From: a virus
DNA: 64,000 nucleotides
Virus record (IMG/VR): IMGVR_UViG_3300023179_000056
Location: 27,886-91,885 of that record
Strand: one strand, 5' to 3'
Below the pieces are notes generated by a model. The model ran no database searches, was not told the origin of the DNA, and saw nothing but the letters and a program-made list of their open reading frames with translations. A program made the position numbers and the translations under genes. Positions 48,235-56,312 of this stretch are shown here, piece after piece; the first letter of the stretch is position 1; each line of letters starts with the position of its first letter.

Positions 48235-48894
48235 CTATTTCTCCAATGTAAATTGTACGTTGTCTGGAGTCAACGCAATGTCTAAAAACATACGGCAACC
48301 TTGTTGATTCAACACGCCGTGTCGTATGTACCCATTAAATACCACCCATTGGTTTAATGGAAGTTTTTTCCGATCTAGTTCAATCAATTCATCTACGTTA
48401 TTGTCACTGTAAGTATAACCGTGCTTGCTAAACCAAGCGTCAGTATCAAACAATACTGATTCTCCAGGCCGGATATACCATACTGTTTCAACATTCGGCC
48501 CTCCGGGATCTACTAGATAAAAAAGTCGGAGTTTTCCAGGCCGGTCCACATGTGGCCCAGTGGTAGCGCGATCATTGAAAATAGTGATCCTTGCACCGGT
48601 ATCAAAATATCGATCTGTGATATTATCCCGAACCCATTGTTCCCATTCTTGTCCCAAGGCGTATTTGGCAGTGATCTTTGATTTCTGTGTAACACCATTT
48701 ATTGTTACATCTCGATCTAGATAGGAAGGATGCCGGCCACCGGGCATGATATTTTCTTCTCCTAATTGTTCGCTACGGCCCATGGACAACACGCGGTCAA
48801 CAAAATGCTGAGGAACACCGGGCAATCCAGGCATAGGGATACAAGTGAACACTGGAATCCCCGACAGAGATAGGGGAACTGATATGTCAGACAT
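48235..48894 (-). CDS. Putative 2OG-Fe(II)/cupin-fold protein
   Basis: PHVD...IRHGV (HxD...H) arrangement; ends in TAG. Confidence 0.45.
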   Translation of the reverse strand: MSDISVPLSLSGIPVFTCIPMPGLPGVPQHFVDRVLSMGRSEQLGEENIMPGGRHPSYLDRDVTINGVTQKSKITAKYALGQEWEQWVRDNITDRYFDTGARITIFNDRATTGPHVDRPGKLRLFYLVDPGGPNVETVWYIRPGESVLFDTDAWFSKHGYTYSDNNVDELIELDRKKLPLNQWVVFNGYIRHGVLNQQGCRMFLDIALTPDNVQFTLEK

Positions 48895-49036
48895 AGATTT
48901 CCTTTAAACAAATTAAATAAGCTCGTGAAAGAGATCCGCTCACGGTTGACGTTCTGTAGTAATACTACAGTAAAGACATCACCATGCCAAGAGTCTAATA
49001 CACCGGCGTCAAGATTACTTGGCGCTGTAACTATAT

Positions 49037-49210
49037 TTATTTGCTAATGGTATTGTCAGTGGATTTCTGACGGGGAGCATCCACTCGACTAGCAAGATCA
49101 GCTTGAATCATGAGTCTACGAATTTCACCGCGATATTGCGGGTCCACAATAACTGCTAGTTGACGTTTAATGCTTTTGGGCATGCGGTAAGTTGAGTTTG
49201 ATTTAATCAT
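49037..49210 (-). CDS. Small hypothetical protein (57 aa)
   Basis: MIKSNSTYRMPKSIKR; ATGA overlap with upstream gene; AAGGA RBS. Confidence 0.65.
   Translation of the reverse strand: MIKSNSTYRMPKSIKRQLAVIVDPQYRGEIRRLMIQADLASRVDAPRQKSTDNTISK
49053..49100. repeat. 48-bp direct repeat, copy 2
   Basis: Identical to 46100-46147; lies inside the 3' end of ORF 49037-49210. Confidence 0.97.
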
Positions 49211-51153
49211 TGGTTTCCTTGTGCTAATCCGGCCTGGATGGCACGTTGCCATACCTGAGTCCATTTTTCCTTTACATCTGGCGGCAATGCATCAAATGCA
49301 GCTTGACTGGGCACAAGCTGTCTGAATTCTGCCCGTATTTTTTCGAACTCAGCTTGATCTATTGCGCTCATGGTTTTTGGCGCTGTCATAAATTCCCAGC
49401 TTTTATATAAACCGGCTCCGACGGTACCGAGTGTTGCTAATTTGGCCGCTGGAGCAATTACATTATTAATAGTTCCTCTAACAATTGCGTTTCCGCTTGG
49501 TTTAATAACATTATCCCATGCAGACTTTGCAGCTGGTGCAATTATATTTTTAGCAGCCCATGAGACTGGTCCTTCATTCACTATGTCACGATATCGTGCC
49601 AGTTGCTCGCTTTCGCTGAGTGTGTTAAACTTGACACTTTCAAAATTATTTTTCTTTAGTAATTTATCAAGTTTGTCCAATGTAACATTGAGTTTTGGTA
49701 CCACAGTGTTTGCTGCCGGCGTAGTTGGTTGCACCGCCGGAGTAGGAGCCTGTGTTGGATACGCTACTGGCGTAGTATGTTTAGTATCTACTGCCAACGC
49801 TTTTAGACCTGTCATGACTTTCTCTACCCGAGCTTGTGTGTCTGGTGATAGTGTATCTGCAATTTTAGGATCTTTCATGAAACCATTGACCACAGCAAGA
49901 TTCTGTTTAATCACTGCTTGATCTGCATCATTCATGCCTTCAAGATTTTTAGAATCTTTGTATATGTCATACAGAAAGTTACCTACATCCCACACAGTAT
50001 TTACTGCGCTTCCAAGAAAAAATAGTGGAGCAAGTGGACCCGATACTGCTGTGGCTCCAGCCCTGGCTGCTGTTCGAGCACCTAACCCGGGTAACTTAGA
50101 AAGGATCTTTTGCCCGGCACTAGCTGCCCAACTTTTTGGTTTGGCAGATGCAGACGCCGCTTGTTGTGCACGAAACGCCTGTGCTTCTCTACTGCCGCCA
50201 GGTCTCTGCACATTGGGATTTGCTGGGCTAGTAGGCGCAGGAGGAACAGGAGGAACAAACCCTCCTGTTTTTATCTTTGACTGCAGAAATCCAGGAGTTT
50301 CTTGAGCAACAGGATCTGGTGGTATAGTCTGATTAATACGGGCCATGTATTCTTTTGCACTGAGTGGACGATTGGCTTCGTAAATTCGACTTTCAGGAAC
50401 TTTGGACTTGCCTTTGTATTTGGCAATGATTGATTCAATTGCAGTTAGAGCAGCATCCAATTTGCTAGTGTCCACCACAGGAGTAGCAGCTTGAGCAGGT
50501 GCCGCAGCCCTGTTGAGATCGGTGTATTTTGCAGCGATATCAGGATACTTGGCCATGGCAGCCCGAGTCAATGGCCCCAAGTCACCATCTATGCCGTCAC
50601 GGCCCGCACCAGTCTGGCCTAAATCGGCACCTGCTTGTTTTAACTCTCTTTGTAATTGTTTGATGCGACCAACATCTCCACCACCTCCTGTTGTGTCGCC
50701 TTGCGGTACAGGTTCTGGTGGAATGTTGCTACCAGGAACAAATTTATGTTTTAGATTTTGATGTTGATTTTGGGGAGTGCCGCACACCGCACACCTTGTG
50801 TCCAAATTTTGCTGGGCCAGTGCAGCCGCAACAGCATCATCATTGCTGAATGTGTTTGCACTTGGCAGAGCCACATCAGTATTAGGTGGTACTAGATCTG
50901 GCTCGGTATTGCCAAATGTTCTTGAATTTGATTGTGCTGCTGGCGCAACAGGTTTAAATTTGTTCGGAGCACGATTGGCAATATACGGATCTGTTAAATC
51001 AGGTCGGCCGCCGTTTCTGGTTGCCCATTCTTGATCTTCTGGGCTTAACGACGCATAGATAGCTGCTTGTTTGGGATCGTTGGCATAGGGATTTGACATC
51101 ACATCTGCCTCGTTTAAGAGATCAAGATACTGGCGGAATTGATTGGTGCTCAT
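49207..51153 (-). CDS. Late protein with peptidoglycan-binding domain (possible internal head protein)
   Basis: IKQLQRELK...GIDGDLGPLTRAAM PG-binding motif; TAAATA upstream; repeated (L/V)NE/LSE motifs. Confidence 0.6.
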   Translation of the reverse strand: MSTNQFRQYLDLLNEADVMSNPYANDPKQAAIYASLSPEDQEWATRNGGRPDLTDPYIANRAPNKFKPVAPAAQSNSRTFGNTEPDLVPPNTDVALPSANTFSNDDAVAAALAQQNLDTRCAVCGTPQNQHQNLKHKFVPGSNIPPEPVPQGDTTGGGGDVGRIKQLQRELKQAGADLGQTGAGRDGIDGDLGPLTRAAMAKYPDIAAKYTDLNRAAAPAQAATPVVDTSKLDAALTAIESIIAKYKGKSKVPESRIYEANRPLSAKEYMARINQTIPPDPVAQETPGFLQSKIKTGGFVPPVPPAPTSPANPNVQRPGGSREAQAFRAQQAASASAKPKSWAASAGQKILSKLPGLGARTAARAGATAVSGPLAPLFFLGSAVNTVWDVGNFLYDIYKDSKNLEGMNDADQAVIKQNLAVVNGFMKDPKIADTLSPDTQARVEKVMTGLKALAVDTKHTTPVAYPTQAPTPAVQPTTPAANTVVPKLNVTLDKLDKLLKKNNFESVKFNTLSESEQLARYRDIVNEGPVSWAAKNIIAPAAKSAWDNVIKPSGNAIVRGTINNVIAPAAKLATLGTVGAGLYKSWEFMTAPKTMSAIDQAEFEKIRAEFRQLVPSQAAFDALPPDVKEKWTQVWQRAIQAGLAQGNQ

Positions 51154-51189
51154 GAAGATATTTATCCTTTTTCACAAGCACCGTGTACT

Positions 51190-51423
51190 TCAATATTTTC
51201 TGTGATGGCTTTTTGACACAATATCTTGTGGTTTGTAAAGCCAGCTACGATCCACAAAACCTTGCTCAATTTCTCTCAATGCTGTGACTGGATGCCCAGT
51301 CACTTTGGTAACTCGCGGCATGTCTCCACGTGCTAGTTCTCGTGCTCGTCGTGCTGCAATCAGTACCAATTCGTATCTATTGCCGATCATCTCTGCTGCA
51401 TGTTGACTGGTGATTCTTGCCAT
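51190..51423 (-). CDS. rpoZ: RNA polymerase omega subunit
   Basis: MARITS..A...IGNRYELVLIAARRAREL...TALREI omega signature; AGGAG RBS. Confidence 0.9.
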   Translation of the reverse strand: MARITSQHAAEMIGNRYELVLIAARRARELARGDMPRVTKVTGHPVTALREIEQGFVDRSWLYKPQDIVSKSHHRKY

Positions 51424-51482
51424 GTTGTTCTCCTGGGGTTGTTGATAGTTACAGTATACAATCGACCACATACAAAGTCAAG

Positions 51483-51725
51483 TTAAAATTCTTTCAATTT
51501 AGAAATATTCTTGTGTGTGGCAATGATGATATTGTGTATCACTCCTTCGTGTTTGATTGGGAGATCCAAGTGAATTGAGATTCTGGGTCCGGTGTTGTCA
51601 ATCACAGTATCGTTGCCCACGGTGCCAATAAATGGAATCTTGTTCCATGTTCCAAACACACGATCACCGATCCAATATTTGGGTCTATAACCAATGCGTT
51701 CAAAGTATTCTGTTTGATTTCCCAT
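51483..51725 (-). CDS. Conserved phage hypothetical protein
   Basis: IGDRVFGTWNKIPFIGTVGND. Confidence 0.65.
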   Translation of the reverse strand: MGNQTEYFERIGYRPKYWIGDRVFGTWNKIPFIGTVGNDTVIDNTGPRISIHLDLPIKHEGVIHNIIIATHKNISKLKEF

Positions 51726-51763
51726 GATTATAGTATGTAGCAAGGTGTCAACACATGGTCAAC

Positions 51764-51787
51764 AAAAAGCCCACCGAAGTGGGCTTT
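51764..51787 (-). terminator. Bidirectional rho-independent terminator
   Basis: AAAAGCCCAC-CGAA-GTGGGCTTTT. Confidence 0.8.
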
Positions 51788-51961
51788 TACACTTGATATC
51801 GAGCACGTGACATGGCCAATCGTCGAGCTTGGTTCAATCGATGTTTCACATAAGGACTAACATCATCTATACCATCTCCATCTTCTGGAGTATGATCTCT
51901 TCCTCGATGAAGATCGATGGTCACCCAATCTTGGTCATTGTCATCGTCGTCAATTTCAAAA

Positions 51962-52171
51962 TTACTTACTCGCTGGTGCAACCGGTTTTGCTGCGTCCTT
52001 GGCAGGAGCACTTTTGGCAGGCGCTTTCTTGTCTTTATTTTCTTTTTTAGCAGCAGAAGCAGCAGGTGCAGGTGCAGAAGCAGCAGGTGCAGCAGCAGGT
52101 GCTTTGGCTGGCTCGGCAGCAAAAGCAGAAACAGCAACGAGACCAGAGATTAGAGTAGCAATAATTTTCAT
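51962..52171 (-). CDS. Small exported Ala/Pro/Lys-rich protein
   Basis: MKIIATLISGLVAVSAFA signal peptide; AAGGA RBS. Confidence 0.75.
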   Translation of the reverse strand: MKIIATLISGLVAVSAFAAEPAKAPAAAPAASAPAPAASAAKKENKDKKAPAKSAPAKDAAKPVAPASK

Positions 52172-52275
52172 GCAAAGTTTCCTTAAGGTTAGCGCAGACA
52201 ATCTGTCTGCGTACATATATAACGCCTTAACCTAACAAAGAGTTGACACTGTTTGAAAGCATTTTTAAAATAGTC

Positions 52276-52298
52276 AAAAAAAAGCCCCTTGCGGGGCT
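52276..52298 (-). terminator. Rho-independent terminator
   Basis: AGCCCC-GCAA-GGGGCT followed by a U-run on the minus strand. Confidence 0.8.
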
Positions 52299-52301
52299 AT
52301 G

Positions 52302-52511
52302 TTAGCGGCAAAGACCGCGATACTCTGCTTTCACGTACCAATCAGGTGTAGACGTTGCACTGTTGTGTTCTCGGTTGTAATCACTTGCACGTTGCCGGGC
52401 TTCTGCTTCGTTATCGTAATACTCTGTATCCCAATGTTTTTGACCCCAACCACGTTCGTATTCGGTGAATTCTACGCGATAAGTTGCTGTAGGGGGTTGA
52501 ACTCTTGCCAT
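52302..52511 (-). CDS. Hypothetical protein
   Basis: YRVEFTEYERGWGQK; AAGGAG RBS and sigma70 promoter. Confidence 0.7.
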   Translation of the reverse strand: MARVQPPTATYRVEFTEYERGWGQKHWDTEYYDNEAEARQRASDYNREHNSATSTPDWYVKAEYRGLCR

Positions 52512-52571
52512 ATGCTTCTCCTTCTGTGTAATTACAGTATAGTACCTTTTGAGATAGTGGTCAACCTAACG

Positions 52572-53141
52572 TCAACTGTACTCGTACGGGGTATCTGGAT
52601 CATTATAGTTGACTTTGATATCACCTTTACTCTTGTCATATTCTTGGTAATAGACTTCGTTGGGTTGTAAGATTCTAAAACCATCATATTTCAATAAAGC
52701 AAATGTTACCTCTGCTTTATCAAGCATATCACAGATAATAAACGAACTGGCACAAGCACCTCTGATGTTTTTGAAGGAACTATGTTTGAATTCTTTATTC
52801 CGGAGTGCATTGTGCATATTACTGTTGGGGCTAAACATGATTCGTGTGATACCTAACTTTTGGTTACGCAAACGAATTTTATCAAAAACAGTGAGTTCAG
52901 TTAAGGTTGCTTCGTTATCGTCATTGATCTGTAATAAACAGTTTTTGACTTTGATGCTGCCTTTTGTAGATACATTGTCGGGCGTTTCCTTAGTTGACCA
53001 AGGTAGCCGGCAGTCTACATGATTGACGTATAACGTCTCCCCATGAAATTTTAAGACCCACATTGGGATGGTCTCGTCTTCCAAGTGCTTTTTGTTAAAG
53101 TGGAAAACACAATCTTTACAAGCATATTCAATCTACAACAT
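52572..53141 (-). CDS. 189-aa protein with an in-frame amber codon at position 3 (ML*IEYACKDCVFHFNKKHLEDETIPMW...)
   Basis: AAAGGA RBS, ATG at 53141, TTG, TAG at 53135-53133, then 16 open codons joining the called ORF at 53084 in frame. Confidence 0.8.
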
Positions 53142-53162
53142 TTTATTTTCCTTTAAGTTAAA

Positions 53163-53239
53163 TGGTGCGCTAGACAGGAATCGAACCTGCTACAATCTGG
53201 GTTAGAATCAGCTGCCCTTACCTTACGGGCTACTAGCGC
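53163..53239 (-). tRNA. tRNA with CUA anticodon (amber suppressor)
   Basis: GCGCTAG/CTAGCGC acceptor + ACCA, GCCC/GGGC D-stem, loop TT-CTA-AC centred on a CTG/CAG helix, TTCGATT T-loop. Confidence 0.85.
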
Positions 53240-53247
53240 ATGAGTGT

Positions 53248-53276
53248 AGTATATATGTTTTGCTTGATCAAGTCAA
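53248..53276 (-). promoter_or_regulatory. Sigma70 promoter for the suppressor tRNA and amber gene
   Basis: TTGACT-17 bp-TATACT. Confidence 0.75.
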
Positions 53277-53302
53277 GAAAAAAGGCAACCGAAGTTGCCT
53301 TT
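53277..53302 (-). terminator. Terminator of the tmRNA transcript
   Basis: AAAGGCAAC-TTCG-GTTGCCTTT followed by U-run. Confidence 0.8.
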
Positions 53303-53580
53303 AGTGTTATTTTTGGTTACAAGGTATAACTACCTCGCTATTAGGCGTTTGCTGCCAATAGGAATTGTGAATCGTTTGCGATTACTTTTTGTGCTTCTTC
53401 GGCCGAGTTCCCTCAATCCTAACGGCTTCTACATTGCCGGACTGTCTGGTCAAATACTAATTACCCAATCGATCACCATGTCCGCCCCACTAAAAAACTC
53501 TTTTTCAAAAAAAAATCTTTTGGTGGAGCGGGGGGTTTCGAAACCCCGTCTTGAATACTTTTCTTTTTCCTTCATACAAT
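53303..53580 (-). ncRNA. ssrA: Circularly permuted two-piece tmRNA; tag ANDSQFLLAANA*
   Basis: Acceptor piece ending CCGCTCCACCA (53521) precedes an AU-rich spacer and a coding piece starting GGGGCGG (53488); G3:U70 pair; tag ORF at 53379-53341. Confidence 0.9.
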
Positions 53581-53673
53581 CATAAATAGTAGAGTAAGGT
53601 GTTAGCGGTAACTAACACCAACCCCGGGGTTACTCGGGACTGTCCTCTACTGTATTTATAAGGGTTACACATC

Positions 53674-54426
53674 ATGTTCTATATTGTATATAAAACAATC
53701 AATCTTGTCAACAATAAATTTTATATTGGCAAACATCGCCAAACTATTGATCCGTATCAATTTGACGGTTATTATGGATCCGGTTCCCAGATAATCAATG
53801 CTGTAAAAAAGTATGGCAAAGATAATTTCGTTAGGGAAACTTTGTTTGTGTTTGAAAATGAATCTGAATGTTTGCTCAAAGAAGAAGAAACAGTAGCACC
53901 GCACCTGGGTAAATCATATTGTTATAATATGCGGTCAGGTGGTATAGGTGGGTTTGAACACATAAATTCTATACCAAAAGAAGATAGACCAAATATTAAG
54001 GCATATCGTCAAAAAGTTGATTCAGGTGAGATTGTAGTAGGCGGAACTCAAAATTGGACCGAAGAAACTTACAATAAAGTTAGGCAAACAGGTTGGTCTA
54101 AATTAGTAGAAATGGGATTGTTAAATCCTAATACTTGGGAAAATCTAACGGAAGATCAAAGAAAAGAAAGATCCGAAAACTTATCTAAAAAAGTTTCTGG
54201 TAGCAACAATGGATCTTATGGAACAAAGTTCTACTACAACCTAACAACAAAAGAAAAGAAGCGATTCGGACCCGAAGATGTTATTCCCAACGGATGGGTA
54301 AGTTCTGTAGATTATTTTGAATCAAAGAAAAAGACCCACTGGTATAACAACGGGTCTAAAAGTTATTTGTTAAAAATAGGTGATCCTAAAATTCAGCAGT
54401 TGGGGCTGGTCAAAGGAAGATTGTAA
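53674..54426 (+). mobile_element. Free-standing GIY-YIG (Seg-like) homing endonuclease
   Basis: YIVYKTINLVNNKFYIGKH...Y.GSG...YN motifs; antisense to the RNA array; flanked by duplicated tmRNA sequence. Confidence 0.88.
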
Positions 54427-54434
54427 TACCTTTG

Positions 54435-54475
54435 TCGAACCCGCGTCTTGAATCCTTTTCTGTCAACTTCATACA
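54435..54475 (-). pseudogene. Truncated copy of the tmRNA acceptor piece
   Basis: 34/41 identical to 53538-53578; breaks off after GACGCGGGTTCGA. Confidence 0.85.
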
Positions 54476-54523
54476 GTCTTAACTTGCAGTATATATTTAT
54501 TTCTACATGCTGCCAAGTGAATT

Positions 54524-54598
54524 TGGTGCTGATAGCAGGATTCGAACCTACGACCTCTTTCATACCAAGAAAGCACACTACCTCTGTGTTATATCAGC
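54524..54598 (-). tRNA. tRNA-Thr(GGT)
   Basis: Cloverleaf, loop TTGGTAT, CCA. Confidence 0.9.
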
Positions 54599-54671
54599 AA
54601 ATTAATTTAGTAAAAAACCTCTTGCTAGAGTGTTAAGCAAAGAACCTATTTAACTATAGGAGCACGTTGAT

Positions 54672-54746
54672 TGGTCTCCGCGACCAGAATTGAACTGATA
54701 TTTAAGTCTTAGGAGGACCTTGTTCTATCCTTTGAACTACACGGAG
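54672..54746 (-). tRNA. tRNA-Arg(CCT)
   Basis: Loop CTCCTAA, CCA. Confidence 0.9.
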
Positions 54747-54751
54747 TAGAG

Positions 54752-54826
54752 TGGCCGGTCCTGCAGGAATTGAACCCACATCACATGGTTCGAAGCCACG
54801 CATTCTATCCATTGAACTAAGGACCG
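54752..54826 (-). tRNA. tRNA-Arg(TCG)
   Basis: Loop CTTCGAA, CCA. Confidence 0.9.
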
Positions 54827-54881
54827 AAATAAAGAACCCTGCTGTGAGGTTGTCAAGAGCACAAGGCAGAGCCGTGTTGTT

Positions 54882-54973
54882 TGGCGGAAAGCAGAGGAGT
54901 CGAACCCCATCCCATTTCTGAGAACCTGGTTTTCAAGGCCAGTCGCAGGACCATCCCCGCTGCATTACTTTCC
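54882..54973 (-). tRNA. tRNA-Ser(TGA)
   Basis: Loop CTTGAAA, long variable arm, G73, CCA. Confidence 0.88.
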
Positions 54974-55123
54974 AAAATTGGTGGGAGGCGTTTTGAGGCC
55001 CGATGCTCCCTAGGGTAGATCACTACCGCCTGTCTCATTGCATTTTGATACTGTTACCTGCCCTAAGGATTAGGTACCTACCTTAGTGACTCATACTGGC
55101 GAATGAGACTTCGCCGCTGTTGT

Positions 55124-55198
55124 TGGAGCGGGCAGCGGGAATCGAACCCGCAACTTGTCCTTGGCAAGGATATGTGTTACCACTAGCACCATGCCCGC
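55124..55198 (-). tRNA. tRNA-Gly(GCC)
   Basis: Loop TTGCCAA, U73, CCA. Confidence 0.92.
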
Positions 55199-55213
55199 AT
55201 ATAAATACTTATC

Positions 55214-55510
55214 ATGTTGAAACAACATATACCACGAAATCTTCGACGCAGAATCATTGAACGAGATGGCTTACGTTGTGTTTATTGCGACGAGGATCTG
55301 TGTGATTCAGAAATCCATATGGATCACGTGATTCCTGAATCACAAGGAGGAGCAACCACTTACCACAATCTACAAGTGACTTGTCGTAAGTGTAATCTAG
55401 CAAAGGGTGTGTTATCTGAACATGAGTTCTCCAACAGATTGAGAACTCGTGCAATGAACATCCTTTACAGGCTCGGGTCTACAACAGACCTTCCGCAGTC
55501 AACACAGTAA
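55214..55510 (+). CDS. HNH endonuclease
   Basis: RDGLRCVYC...DHVIP.SQGG....NLQVTCRKCN..K; TATAAATA upstream. Confidence 0.9.
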   Translation: MLKQHIPRNLRRRIIERDGLRCVYCDEDLCDSEIHMDHVIPESQGGATTYHNLQVTCRKCNLAKGVLSEHEFSNRLRTRAMNILYRLGSTTDLPQSTQ

Positions 55511-56063
55511 CTGCATCGGCACCAAGCTCGATCTCAGTACGAACGTTGATATCCAACAATTCGTCCTGCAACTTTTGTTTGGCTTTCTTGCCCTGACTTA
55601 CTGCTGCCCGGAACCCTGCAATATCTTCTTGAGTGAAGATAGAAGTATCCACAGTGGCCTCGTGCCCGTAGTACAAATTACGAGTGTCTTCTTTGCGATT
55701 ACACAATTTTGACATCTTGCCTGCCACAACTTCCTCACTGTCACGTACAGCTTTACCAGACAATTCGACCAGATACTGGATTTTCTTGTCCATCAAGGCC
55801 ACATCGGCCAATTTCACATCCACACCCTGAGCCGCATTGGCCTGGCTCACAGCCTTGCGGATATCGTACAGGCTGTTCAGCAGTTCACGGTGACGATTTT
55901 GATTAGCAGCAAAGGCTTCACGCGCCTTGGCAATCACATCTTCTGCCACTTGGAATTCGTTGATTTTGACTTCAGTGTCAAATTTGATTGTTTTGATTGT
56001 GTCCTGGATGGCCAGTTGCAATGCATTGGCTTTACGTAGATTGATTTTCATATTTTCTTTCAT
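55479..56063 (-). CDS. Coiled-coil protein (possibly DIP1984-like)
   Basis: MKINLRKANALQ...KQKLQDELLDINVRTEI; ends in TAG; family call is from memory. Confidence 0.55.
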   Translation of the reverse strand: MKENMKINLRKANALQLAIQDTIKTIKFDTEVKINEFQVAEDVIAKAREAFAANQNRHRELLNSLYDIRKAVSQANAAQGVDVKLADVALMDKKIQYLVELSGKAVRDSEEVVAGKMSKLCNRKEDTRNLYYGHEATVDTSIFTQEDIAGFRAAVSQGKKAKQKLQDELLDINVRTEIELGADAVTVLTAEGLL

Positions 56064-56077
56064 TAAACAATAAGGGT

Positions 56078-56312
56078 GGCAAGACCCAGGTCAAGTTGCA
56101 GACTGAGCAAGGTGCAATATGCAACATGCAAAATACAAACCACAGTGGCCTGCATATGTCCGGTTATCAAAGTGCATATGTCTATAATAAGTCCGGTTCA
56201 CACAAGCACGATCCAGGAAACCCCGGAGGCCATAATTGGTCAGCTTTCAAGGCTGGTTGCTGGCTTGAAGCCAACAGTTTGTCTGTTCTAATCTACCTGG
56301 TTCTTACCTGCC
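56078..56312 (-). ncRNA. Structured ~235-nt leader/ncRNA with short internal repeats
   Basis: 13/14-bp closing helix (56308-56295 with 56091-56078); TATAAT upstream. Confidence 0.55.

Noticed and set aside
350-51034. Antisense ORFs such as 350-898, 44459-45160 and 49370-49921
   Set aside because: Shadow frames of well-supported genes on the opposite strand.
53142-53162. Theta (HDV-like) ribozyme after the suppressor tRNA
   Set aside because: Only 21 AT-rich nt separate the CCA from the ATG, and I could not fit an HDV fold in other spacers by eye.
53582-54434. Group I intron in the tmRNA T-loop
   Set aside because: No catalytic core is visible, the ORF is antisense, and the upstream exon is duplicated rather than simply interrupted.
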